59,959 nt of DNA from assembly GCA_017542055.1 (NCBI GenBank), contig JAFXXW010000001.1:1-59959 (forward strand), given 5' to 3'. The DNA is from Kiritimatiellia bacterium (GTDB taxonomy: Bacteria > Verrucomicrobiota > Kiritimatiellia > RFP12 > UBA1067). Positions 10,057 to 19,055 of the stretch are shown here, in pieces (position 1 is the first letter of the stretch; every line of letters starts with the position of its first letter). The translations under genes and the position numbers were made by a program. Under the pieces are notes generated by a model that was given only the letters and a program-made list of their open reading frames with translations, made no database searches and was not told the DNA's origin.

Positions 10057-10532
10057 TTCGATTCCTCCCTTTCACGCGCCACCCGCCATGAACGTTTGTA
10101 CACATAGACAACCAACGACACAATTAATATGGCATAAGGAATTGGAGAAACCGTATCCACCTCTCTTGAAAACTTGCCTTTCCCTGCGATTGCGCTCTTG
10201 CATACTTTCTCGTCACTATGGGCCTCTTTCCACCAATTCGCCCCAATCCTGAACCCCGAATAATGTAATTCGTAGAAGACGCGTCCACTCTTATCTTTCA
10301 ACAAAAGTGGATCCAATTTACTACTCTTTCCCCACTTTGATATGTGTGTTACGCTCCCAATCAAAGATGACTCCATCGACTTCACCTCTCGTTTGTAAAA
10401 CCACCATGTTCGCCGACACAGGCGGACATAGCCGTCCTGCACCGTCAATGTGTCGCTCCGTTCGAAGAGGAACAGGAACGCCAACGCCGCCAACAGCAGC
10501 CATTTCATTTCCTTTTGCCATTTCAGCTTCAT
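10053..10532 (-). CDS. Membrane-anchored hypothetical protein (start MKLKWQKEMKW)
   Basis: Start placed at 10532 after the repeat RBS; ends EESK*; domain resembles the C-terminal half of 12511..13740. Confidence 0.7.
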   Translation of the reverse strand: MKLKWQKEMKWLLLAALAFLFLFERSDTLTVQDGYVRLCRRTWWFYKREVKSMESSLIGSVTHISKWGKSSKLDPLLLKDKSGRVFYELHYSGFRIGANWWKEAHSDEKVCKSAIAGKGKFSREVDTVSPIPYAILIVSLVVYVYKRSWRVAREREESK

Positions 10533-10606
10533 GCTCCCGCTCCTTTCGACTTGTCCGCGACGGCCAGCGCAAACATCATCCGCGTATTCATGAGTTTGCC
10601 CCTTGC

Positions 10607-11017
10607 CTATAAATTCCCATTGCAAGCACGGCTTACAAACACGGCAACGACGACAACGACGACAACGATAATAAATGCCAAATACAAAAGACAGCCAACC
10701 TTGAATGCTTTTGCAAAATGCTTTCCTGCCAATTTCATGTCGCCGCGCTCCAGCGCATTGCGGACTGCTTGCGTGCCAAACAGGGACAACTGATATCCGC
10801 CCCTTGCGAACCCAAAACGTGCAAAAGCACTATTCTGACCATCTACCCCTGTCTCCACTTTCTTCCGCGCCAATTCACGCTCCAGTCTGCGGAACTTTTC
10901 TTCCGCCGTTTCCTCTGCGGCGAATCTTTCGCCCACTACTTCCGCCCCGCAGAAGGGACAGTTGAAGTGGTCTTCGCCGTTATCATACAGCTCTTTCCCG
11001 CAAGTCGGACACTTCAT
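10607..11017 (-). CDS. Zinc-ribbon protein with C-terminal TM helix
   Basis: MKCPTCG...CPFCG; hydrophobic C-terminus. Confidence 0.75.
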   Translation of the reverse strand: MKCPTCGKELYDNGEDHFNCPFCGAEVVGERFAAEETAEEKFRRLERELARKKVETGVDGQNSAFARFGFARGGYQLSLFGTQAVRNALERGDMKLAGKHFAKAFKVGCLLYLAFIIVVVVVVVAVFVSRACNGNL

Positions 11018-11072
11018 GCTCCCGCTCCTTTCGACTTGTCCGCGACGGCACGCACAAATATCATCCGCGTAT

Positions 11073-11618
11073 TCATTTTGTCAGATCCTTTTGGTTTCGA
11101 TTACAGCTACGGCTATTAAACACTTCTTCCGCCGTCATTGCGGCAGGGTAATCGTCATATATAGGTCTCGTATTATACCACTCCAAGTCTATCGTCCGAA
11201 ACAGTTCACCACCAGACAAGACGCGGGCTTGCCCGCTGGAAAAATCCAACCGCCCGCCGTGTCGCCATGGCCACGTTTCCAAATCAACATAGTAAACCAT
11301 CCATTTGCCATCCATGTCGCGAACATACAGCATGACATTATACGCTTTGCCTTTACAGACCTGAAACAGAACGTATTCACGCCCTTCTGGCGTCGTGCCA
11401 TGATCAAGTATCCTCTCATGCCGTCCGCTGTGCTGATCCACATCAAAGGCCACAAGCGCACATGACAAGAAAATCCATATCGTCCCTGCCACTATGAGCC
11501 AACGCCGTTTCCTTTTTATTCCCACCCAAAGAAGCCAGGCGGGAATTACAAAAAGCAAAGACAACGCGGCACTCCGTAGAAGCCAGCACAGCAATACATC
11601 TGCCCACGGCATATTCAT
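11073..11618 (-). CDS. Membrane hypothetical protein
   Basis: 181 aa with two N-terminal TM segments; ATGA overlaps at both ends with linker ORFs. Confidence 0.7.
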   Translation of the reverse strand: MNMPWADVLLCWLLRSAALSLLFVIPAWLLWVGIKRKRRWLIVAGTIWIFLSCALVAFDVDQHSGRHERILDHGTTPEGREYVLFQVCKGKAYNVMLYVRDMDGKWMVYYVDLETWPWRHGGRLDFSSGQARVLSGGELFRTIDLEWYNTRPIYDDYPAAMTAEEVFNSRSCNRNQKDLTK

Positions 11619-11818
11619 TTTATAACTCCTTTTTTGTCAGCTATCGCCGCTCGGCGTGTTCGCGTCCCCATGGGTCGCGAACACGCCAAGCGAAGCGAGT
11701 GCCGAGTCCCCAATTGGTAATTGGATTTGGTATTGGCAACATTTCCACATTGGCAACATTCTCCCCCGGCCCGCGCAAACATCATCCGCGTATTCATGAG
11801 TTCGTTCCTTTCTGTGCT

Positions 11819-12436
11819 TCAGTTTCTTGCGGCAAATCTGCGCACAAGTTTGATGATTTCCATCCCAGCCACACAAAGGCTACCTAATACGATGAGCAGA
11901 TAGAAAAGTCGCAACCAACGTTCCCGCCATATATTCCTTTTGCGCGGCAGCGCTTTCTCGCGCCTCTCGCATGCGACTTTATCAAGGAACATCGCCACTT
12001 CGCCAACGGTTTTGAATGTGCCAATTGAATCTACTTCTTCAGGTGTCAGCTTACCATATCTCTGCTCAGCCGCCATCCAGAATTCGACTCCGCCAAAGTC
12101 GTCCACCGCATCATTTTCCAAGAGAGACACGACAGATGGCCAGGCATCGTCAGCTGCAATATGCAGAAACAATTCGCCGCGCTCCGGCAAACCATAATCT
12201 GCGTATTGTTGCGTGCAGATTGAGGCAACTGAGGACACTCGCCCGTCTTTAGGCATGTTCATCCTTTTACGCAGTTCAAGTTGCTCGATGGCAATCTTGT
12301 TGCGACGCACATACGCCCGATATGCCTTGCCGGGCCACACCCAGAAATGCTTGATTGCGACATCGACAAGCGGCGCGACTTCTCCCGCATTCGTCTTGCG
12401 CTGTAATTCAAGCAAAGACTCAAAATCCTTACTCAT
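11819..12436 (-). CDS. Hypothetical protein with C-terminal TM helix; weak ACP-like segment
   Basis: 205 aa; VEFWMAAEQRYGKLTPEEVDSIGTFKTVGEV resembles ACP helices but lacks the DSL serine. Confidence 0.65.
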   Translation of the reverse strand: MSKDFESLLELQRKTNAGEVAPLVDVAIKHFWVWPGKAYRAYVRRNKIAIEQLELRKRMNMPKDGRVSSVASICTQQYADYGLPERGELFLHIAADDAWPSVVSLLENDAVDDFGGVEFWMAAEQRYGKLTPEEVDSIGTFKTVGEVAMFLDKVACERREKALPRKRNIWRERWLRLFYLLIVLGSLCVAGMEIIKLVRRFAARN

Positions 12437-12510
12437 TCTCCCGCTCCTTTCATTTTATCCACGACGCCCCGCGCAAACATTATCCGCGTATTCATTTCGC
12501 GGCCTCCATG

Positions 12511-13740
12511 CTACGCATCCCAGTAGTCCTTCTTTTGAACTGGCCGTGCGATTTCCAATCCGCTGCACGCAAAGGCCATAGGCATCAGAAGAAATATTCC
12601 CAACATAACAGTAGACAAGTTTGGCAGCCTTTCTCTGTCGAATGTAGCACCGGGACGGCGCCTTATAGCTTCCATAAGCCCTATCTGATATCCACTGACC
12701 TCCCTGCCATAGCCATACAGCCGCTTCAACACTTGCTTGCCCGCCCCTTGTATCTCCAATTCGTGTGAAGCGTGCTTGCCTCTTCCCATCACAAGTTCCA
12801 CGTAAGTTATATCCTTTACCGGAATCTCGGTCCTTTCAACCTTGCGGCCCCACCATCGCGACTCGGTTATGACGAGCTTGCCGCCTGAAACCACGATCCT
12901 CTCACTCTCGGAAAACGCATACGCAAAGCACAAAAGCACAGCCATCAAAAGCACTCCGAACGCAACTGGATGCTTTATCCCCAAGCCCCTCCTGCCGCCA
13001 TCGACCTTATTGAGAGAAAAACCTGCGGCGCGACGAGCAATGCATGCACAGAGATACTCTTGGACAGGCGCAGAAAGATATCGTCCGAATACTGCATTTG
13101 ACCTGTTCTTGGACTCCACGCATATTTCCCGGACAGGCGTACCTTGGTTGATAAGCCCTGTCTCTGGATGTTCATCGACAAATGCATAGGTTTCGGATGT
13201 AAGCGCAAATTCCGTCTCCCGACGAAAACGCCAAAGTCCGACCGTGTAGCATCCGTGCTCTGCAAAAAGACGCAAGACACGCTTTCCGAAAAGTTCGAAC
13301 ACAAGCCCTGCGACTCCCGACAGGAAAAATGGCGCGACAAGGATCGCCCATATCCAGTCACCATGCATCACGCAACTTACCATGCCGCATCCCGAGATCC
13401 CACACAGCCACAGGCAAAGAAGTATCATCGCAAGATTGCGCACAGGACATACAACCAAATCCGACCAAGCCCCTCCGCTTTCGGCGACAGCCGGTCTCAC
13501 CTCAATGCCTGCCGGTGCCTCGCCAAGATCGCGTTTCGCCGAATCGCGCTGGATTTGCCGCTTGAGGGAATACCGCTTACCGCATGACCGACAGCGCATC
13601 ATGTCCGTGCGAATGTCAATGTCTTCAAATGCTATCTCCGCACCACAATCTGGACAGTGATACACCTTTCGCCTTGCAGTAGGCCACCTGACGCCCCGCG
13701 CAAGCATCATCGGCAATTCTATTTTGTTTTTCATCCTCAC
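12511..13740 (-). CDS. Zinc-ribbon membrane protein
   Basis: CPDCG...CRSCG and multiple TM segments; GTG start overlapping the linker TGA; degenerate MMLARGV repeat in the N-terminus. Confidence 0.75.
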   Translation of the reverse strand: MRMKNKIELPMMLARGVRWPTARRKVYHCPDCGAEIAFEDIDIRTDMMRCRSCGKRYSLKRQIQRDSAKRDLGEAPAGIEVRPAVAESGGAWSDLVVCPVRNLAMILLCLWLCGISGCGMVSCVMHGDWIWAILVAPFFLSGVAGLVFELFGKRVLRLFAEHGCYTVGLWRFRRETEFALTSETYAFVDEHPETGLINQGTPVREICVESKNRSNAVFGRYLSAPVQEYLCACIARRAAGFSLNKVDGGRRGLGIKHPVAFGVLLMAVLLCFAYAFSESERIVVSGGKLVITESRWWGRKVERTEIPVKDITYVELVMGRGKHASHELEIQGAGKQVLKRLYGYGREVSGYQIGLMEAIRRRPGATFDRERLPNLSTVMLGIFLLMPMAFACSGLEIARPVQKKDYWDA

Positions 13741-13822
13741 GCCCCTTTCTTAATCCTGTCAATCCTGTTAATCCTGTCTAAAAACCTTCCCGCGACGGCC
13801 CGCGCAAATGTCTTTCGCGTAT

Positions 13823-14158
13823 TCATTTCGTTTCAATCTCCTCCCCGCAATGCGCACAAACAATTGTCTGGCATTTTCGGATTTGCTTCAAGCGCCCATA
13901 GTTCCACCACTTTGACAAGACAGACTTGCCGCAATGAGGACATTTCGCATAATGCATCATAAACAGACCCAGCATAATACCCATTCCTGACATGCACAGA
14001 AACAACGCAAATACAGACAAGTTCAACACATGCAATCCAGCAATATGTTTGGCTACACACATGTGGCCACATGCAATCATCAAACAGACAACACAAATAA
14101 CATTAACCCAGCGCCAACATAGTCGGCACATGGCAAAGTTGGATTTTATAGTCTTCAT
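13823..14158 (-). CDS. Small membrane zinc-ribbon protein; paralog of 19683..20015
   Basis: Two TM segments, then CPHCG...CAHCG; ends IETK*. Confidence 0.75.
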   Translation of the reverse strand: MKTIKSNFAMCRLCWRWVNVICVVCLMIACGHMCVAKHIAGLHVLNLSVFALFLCMSGMGIMLGLFMMHYAKCPHCGKSVLSKWWNYGRLKQIRKCQTIVCAHCGEEIETK

Positions 14159-14352
14159 GCTCCCGCTCCTTTCTTAATCCTGTCAATCTTGTAAATCCTG
14201 TCTAAAAACCTTCCCGCGACGACCTGCGCAAACATCATCCGCATATTCATGGGTTCGTTCCTTTCTGTGCTTCAGTTTCTTGCGGCAAATCTGCGGCGCC
14301 GCCTCGACTCGCACCCGTCTTCATTCTGTTTGTTGTTGCCATGTTTCTTTAG

Positions 14353-14963
14353 TGTGGTAATTTACTGTGGCAATCAAGTCTGACCCTGTAGCCTCGTGTC
14401 ATGCCTCACAGGTCGAAGAATTCTCCCACAATTAAATTGAACTCCTTTCTTTTTCAATCTAACTCTGCGTTTAGCCTCTTTCTTTATCGCCCATGTACAA
14501 AAATACGGAAGCGCATCTGCCCCAATTCCGCATCCATATAATTCACGCAGTTTATACTTCCGGCGAACGACCGTCATGGCAATATCAAGACAGATGAAAT
14601 TATGCCAAAGATATTTCGACCATTTGGGCATGCCTACGGTCGATATTATGAAAATAGGCACGACCACCGACAATGGCCGCAACGTTTCTCGACAGTCTTT
14701 AAGAAGGGCGTATTTCAATTCAACAAAGGCTAAGACGCCCATGATAATCGGCAAAAACACCACGAGTAAGATAATAAAGCGTACAAACAACCAATCGTTT
14801 ACGCACCCAATAATAAACTGAATGCGATCCAAGGGGCTCATGTTCATCCTCTTCGTCCACGTCCTCAATGTCATTATAAATATCTCCTATAACCAAAAGA
14901 ACCTGTTGCACCAACCATAACATTCAGTCGGGGAACCAATAGGGTCAGACTTGATTGCCACAG
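14353..14963. mobile_element. Small element bounded by inverted repeats and carrying an AT-rich ORF (non-autonomous, REPIN/MITE-like)
   Basis: CTGTGGCAATCAAGTCTGACCCT (14365-14387) and AGGGTCAGACTTGATTGCCACAG (14941-14963) are exact 23-bp inverted repeats; the interior is AT-rich. Confidence 0.6.
14374..14874 (-). CDS. AT-rich membrane hypothetical protein
   Basis: 166 aa with AGGAG RBS; the stop codon is supplied by the inverted repeat. Confidence 0.55.
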   Translation of the reverse strand: MTLRTWTKRMNMSPLDRIQFIIGCVNDWLFVRFIILLVVFLPIIMGVLAFVELKYALLKDCRETLRPLSVVVPIFIISTVGMPKWSKYLWHNFICLDIAMTVVRRKYKLRELYGCGIGADALPYFCTWAIKKEAKRRVRLKKKGVQFNCGRILRPVRHDTRLQGQT

Positions 14964-15039
14964 CAGGTTTTCCTTGTCATAGCGGCGTGACCCTTTCGAT
15001 TCGCCGCCTGCCATCCTTCGTCATGGCGCGGTGGGCGCC

Positions 15040-15241
15040 GCGACTTCTTGACCGACTTCTCGAAATACGGAATCTTCGCAATCGCCTCCGCCGCATCCGG
15101 CGCCAGATAGTATCCTTCCAAGAACTTCACGAACACCTCGTCTTCCGCCGGCGCTCCTGTTCCCTTGCCGACCGCGACCATCGCCATCGCAACAATCGCA
15201 GCAAACATGATTTTCTTTTTCATATGTCTGTCTCCTTTCAT
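15040..15241 (-). pseudogene. Truncated paralog of the 5' end of 706..4701
   Basis: MKGDRHMKKKIMFAAIVAMAMVAVGK is identical, then diverged (FLEGYYLAPDAAEAIAKIPYFEKSV vs FLQAYYLKPDAVEAIAKIPYVEKSV); similarity ends near 15040, next to the end-motif flank. Confidence 0.8.
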
Positions 15242-15321
15242 TGAAAATTGAGTTTGGTTTTAGTCACGTGAAAACGCATCATCATCCGCGTATTCATGAG
15301 TTCGTTCCTTTCGGTTCTATT

Positions 15322-16581
15322 TCACTCAACTTTGCTTCCGTCAAGATTGACGACATACTTGCAATTGCGTCCATACGACTGTTTGCCGGGCTGCTTGTCG
15401 CCGTTGAAGGTTCTGTCAGCGCCGACAGTCCACACAATGCCGCGCACCGCGTCATATTTCAGCGCCGCGCCATGGTCGAATGGATCGGTTGGCACAGACG
15501 GCAGAAACTCCGGCACGAGCGCATCAAGCGACTCCGGACGATGCCCAGTCTTGCGCCTGTACAATTCCGCCGCGACAACAACCTTGGTAGCGAATAGCTC
15601 GAATTCTCCGCGAGCGACTTTCAGGGCAAAGCCATCTTTCCAAGCCGGCATGATACTTGATACCATCGTCCGCCCGCCATAATTGGGAGTAAGCTTGCCT
15701 AACGGGCTTGCTGTGGCCGCATTTATCTCTTTTTCGAAATTCTCCCATGCATCCTTGTCGTAATCGTGCAAAAGCAATTCTCTTGCTTTTGCGAACAACC
15801 CGGCGCCTAGCGACCTTGTGCGATCTGACTGGTATGAGTATCGCCGCAAGATTCCGTGCCTCCCGGCGCTATAAACCTCGGCTTCAAAGATTCGAAGCGC
15901 CTTGGTAAACCAATATGTAAATTCATTGTTGACGGCTTGCCGAATGCCCGCGCGTCGCGTCGCTGAATCGCTTGCGGAAAGCAAATCGAGTAACAGCCGC
16001 AATTCGTCGTCTGATGCCTTTCCCGATGCGACAATCTGCGCGGCAAGATGCGTAGCCATGCTACATGCTCCATCGGCGACAAGCCAGCAGACAAGCGATT
16101 CCGCGTCAGACTGTATTGTGCGGTTCAGCGCAAGGAAATCGCGCACACCATCAACCGTCGCGCCGATTTCGCCGCGCGCGATATGCCGCTCGGCCTTTGC
16201 ATTGTAAATCCTTATCATCTTGGCGAAGGCTTCAACTGGGAACAGGCAAAATCCACCTTCGCGCCGCGCCGTCTGATCATACCACTTCGTGCGATGTGTC
16301 GCGTTCTGAAAGATGGCAATCGCTTCGGCATTCTCTGCAACAACCGCATCGATTTCGTCGGGCGAAAGCTTTTTCCAATCCATTGGCTCAACCCATCGCT
16401 TGACGGCGTTCGTCGCCGCGATAAACCCGCACCATGCGTTGTCTTCATCCGCAGGAATCTCCGAAGTTGTCGTGAACGCCGAAACATCCGGTGGATCGGC
16501 GTCTATCGAGCTGCACCCGACACATAACACTCCAATACCCGCCACCACCGCAAGCGCGGCAAATACGATTTTCTTCTTCAT
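15322..16581 (-). CDS. Lipoprotein / secreted hypothetical protein
   Basis: 419 aa, signal ...LCVGC; C-terminal AELYRRKTG..PESLDALVPEFLPSVPTDPF motif seen in pseudopilin (T2SSG)-like C-termini. Confidence 0.75.
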   Translation of the reverse strand: MKKKIVFAALAVVAGIGVLCVGCSSIDADPPDVSAFTTTSEIPADEDNAWCGFIAATNAVKRWVEPMDWKKLSPDEIDAVVAENAEAIAIFQNATHRTKWYDQTARREGGFCLFPVEAFAKMIRIYNAKAERHIARGEIGATVDGVRDFLALNRTIQSDAESLVCWLVADGACSMATHLAAQIVASGKASDDELRLLLDLLSASDSATRRAGIRQAVNNEFTYWFTKALRIFEAEVYSAGRHGILRRYSYQSDRTRSLGAGLFAKARELLLHDYDKDAWENFEKEINAATASPLGKLTPNYGGRTMVSSIMPAWKDGFALKVARGEFELFATKVVVAAELYRRKTGHRPESLDALVPEFLPSVPTDPFDHGAALKYDAVRGIVWTVGADRTFNGDKQPGKQSYGRNCKYVVNLDGSKVE

Positions 16582-16668
16582 GCTCCCGCTCCTTTCGACT
16601 TGTCCGCGACGACCCGCACAAACAGTTTTGTTTTCATGCTACGACATCCTTTCTAGGTTTCCACCGAT

Positions 16669-16710
16669 ATTTTACCATTTCCCGCGCCGGAGGTGGAGTC
16701 CGGCAACGGA
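16669..16710 (-). promoter_or_regulatory. Putative internal array promoter (extended -10 TGGTAAAAT)
   Basis: Minus strand AAATGGTAAAAT followed by an RBS and the mini-ORF MKTKLFVR...; the -35 is unclear. Confidence 0.4.
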
Positions 16711-17149
16711 GTTTGCAGCCGATATGGCCGCAGAAAACGTCCATGCAGATTGCAGAGGCGTTTTTGAAGTCCACCGGCCAAATTCTACATTTTTCCAAGA
16801 TGAAATCACAGCCAATCATACACTTTTCCAAAACCGCCTGCAATAATTTTTGGCGAAAGTCAGCACGAACAACTCCACTCATTTGGCTTTTTTGCCGATG
16901 AACATCATCCTGAACATGGCTCTTTTCCTCACCAACTCTCGCTCCTTTCATTGGAAATTGGTATTGGTAATGGCAACATTCTTGACAGCCTTAGCGCAGA
17001 GCGCGGCGGCGGTTCCACATCTTGACCTCCAACTTGTCCGCCGTAGCCTTGGCGAAGGCGGAAGCCTCGGCGAAGGAGGCTGGCAACATTCTCCCCCGAC
17101 TCGCGCAAACATCATCCGCGTATTCATGAGTTCGTTCCTTTCGATTGGG

Positions 17150-17734
17150 TCATTCCTCGGACGAGCGCAAGAGCATTGCGCAACGCAAAAAGTCAAACAA
17201 CTCTTCCGCGCCCTTCTGCGTTCCGCATTGGCAGATTCGCTCCGACCTGCGGCTTGCCTTGTTTCTCACCGACACCACCCATTCGTCGCACGACGACTCG
17301 CGCGTCCCGCGCGCTCCCATGGGCCTTGGCGCATCGATTGCACCGCTCGTAATGTGGACGAGTTGCGGATTGTCGATTTCTCCAAGATTCCAACGCCACT
17401 TCCTCAATGTCATACCAAAGAGAGTGGACTTGCTGGAAAGGTTCGCGCCGTCGGCAACCCATGTGTCGATGCCGAAGAACGCATAGAGGACAATCACACC
17501 AAAGAGAAGCCCAGCAGGGACAAATGCCACGCACAAATAAAATAGCACACGGTCGTCCCCTGTGAAAAGCAGACGAAGCGACTGTCCCTGCTCGACCAGT
17601 TCGCTGCACAGCATATACATGATCGCACATCCGAAGGAGAAAAGACCAATCGGTATCATCGCAATCGCCACCCTGACAATGCATGGTATTGTCGCCAAAT
17701 TGTCGTACTGCCGTTGAACAAGTTGCATCTTCAT
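17150..17734 (-). CDS. Membrane hypothetical protein (start MKMQLVQ)
   Basis: Start placed after the repeat RBS; two TM segments. Confidence 0.7.
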   Translation of the reverse strand: MKMQLVQRQYDNLATIPCIVRVAIAMIPIGLFSFGCAIMYMLCSELVEQGQSLRLLFTGDDRVLFYLCVAFVPAGLLFGVIVLYAFFGIDTWVADGANLSSKSTLFGMTLRKWRWNLGEIDNPQLVHITSGAIDAPRPMGARGTRESSCDEWVVSVRNKASRRSERICQCGTQKGAEELFDFLRCAMLLRSSEE

Positions 17735-17789
17735 GCTCCCGCTCCTTGCGTTTTGTCCGCGCCGATCCGCGCAAACATCATCAGCGTAT

Positions 17790-18446
17790 TCATTTCGATT
17801 CCTCGCCATCCGTAATCTTGTCCGCCGCCTTGGTTATCTTGTAGCATTCATACTCGCCGGTGTCGAGATCCTTTTGACAGAGGAACACCGAATCGGGGAA
17901 GCGCGGCGAAACAACTGCCCGCCAACGCCTCCCTGGAACATGCTCCATCTCCCATACGCAAGTAAACGACTGGTCGAAGATGTGTATAACCGATTCGTTG
18001 CGATAGGTCGCATTCGGCTTCACCACCAACAGCCGCTCGTTCTCCCCGCGCCCGAATGCCGCCGCGCATTGCAGGATGATGCTATGCCCCGCATCGTGGC
18101 GGCAGAGGATTTGCGAGCGGAATACGGCGTCCGCAATCTGGATAGGCGAGCCCTTGCGCCCCAACTTCGCGACCGCCACGCAAACCATGTTCGTGCCAAA
18201 GCGAATCGGCGTGGACTCGTACCAAACCGCCGCATTCTCCGCCGCGCGATCTCGATCTTTGTTGATGTTCCACACCCTGTCATCCGTGCCGCCACTAACC
18301 TTTGCAAGCCTCGCAATCTCGGCAGTCGTCGCGCCGTCGCACGGCACAAACGCAAACTCCTCAATGTTGGGTCTGCTCGCACAACCTGCCAAGCCGAGCA
18401 TCGCCGCTCCCGCGACGGCCCGCGCAATCATCATCCGCGTATTCAT
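17790..18446 (-). CDS. Lipoprotein whose signal peptide begins with the type A repeat
   Basis: MNTRMMIARAVAGAAMLGLAGC with lipobox; ends EESK*. Confidence 0.75.
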   Translation of the reverse strand: MNTRMMIARAVAGAAMLGLAGCASRPNIEEFAFVPCDGATTAEIARLAKVSGGTDDRVWNINKDRDRAAENAAVWYESTPIRFGTNMVCVAVAKLGRKGSPIQIADAVFRSQILCRHDAGHSIILQCAAAFGRGENERLLVVKPNATYRNESVIHIFDQSFTCVWEMEHVPGRRWRAVVSPRFPDSVFLCQKDLDTGEYECYKITKAADKITDGEESK

Positions 18447-18509
18447 TTCATTAGTTCCTTAAGCTGAGTGGTATGGAGAAATAGAACGAATAGCGCAAAT
18501 TCAACGACA

Positions 18510-19055
18510 TCAATCTTCACGACATTCATGAATTGCAGCACATTTTATTAACGCCTCGTCACGACTCAAAATCTTAGCAGGACCATTCCATTGAATACGC
18601 TTATATTCCCGAACACTACTTATATACAATGGGATAGACATATCTATGGACCATAAAACTTGATCGCCGACTGAGACTCCTTTTATTTGCATCTGAGGCC
18701 GATTAAACGCTAGACTGATTGACGATCCTGGACCAAGACTGCAGCGCTCAGAATAGGGCTCGTACATTATGTCTTCATCATAAAAAACAGTTTCGAGCAA
18801 AATCCCAGTGGTGGCCATCTTATACAAACCATATTGAAACACAATACCAATATAAAAGTCGTCAAAGGCAACCGCCTTGTCGGTACAATTCGTTAATTGA
18901 ACCAAGAATATGCTTCCCTCGTCGTCAGATGCGATTTCAACCTGCGATGGGAGAACAACTGATGCATTTTGCATCTTGCAACCAGCGCAAGAAACCAGGA
19001 ACGCCAACGCCGCCAACAGCAGCCATTTCATTTCCTTTTGCCATTTCAGCTTCAT
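18510..19055 (-). CDS. AT-rich lipoprotein (start MKLKWQKEMKW)
   Basis: First 20 aa identical to 10053..10532, followed by an unrelated low-GC body; CAGC lipobox. Confidence 0.7.
   Translation of the reverse strand: MKLKWQKEMKWLLLAALAFLVSCAGCKMQNASVVLPSQVEIASDDEGSIFLVQLTNCTDKAVAFDDFYIGIVFQYGLYKMATTGILLETVFYDEDIMYEPYSERCSLGPGSSISLAFNRPQMQIKGVSVGDQVLWSIDMSIPLYISSVREYKRIQWNGPAKILSRDEALIKCAAIHECRED

Larger units (their letters stand above)
585..18460 (-). repeat. Type A junction repeat family (core ATGAATACGCGGATGATGTTTGCGCGGGCCGTCGCGG...AAAGGAGCGGGAGCATGA)
   Basis: Copies with ATG at 688, 4757, 5267, 5859, 8070, 9689, 10056, 10591, 11076, 11797, 12495, 13826, 14250, 15297, 16637 (variant), 17127, 17793 and 18446, plus a degenerate copy near 13690-13712. 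All are in the same orientation and all lie at gene junctions. Confidence 0.95.

Noticed and set aside
4497-15297. DGR template/variable repeat pair
   Set aside because: Differences are not adenine-specific, the repeat is N-terminal, and no reverse transcriptase is present.
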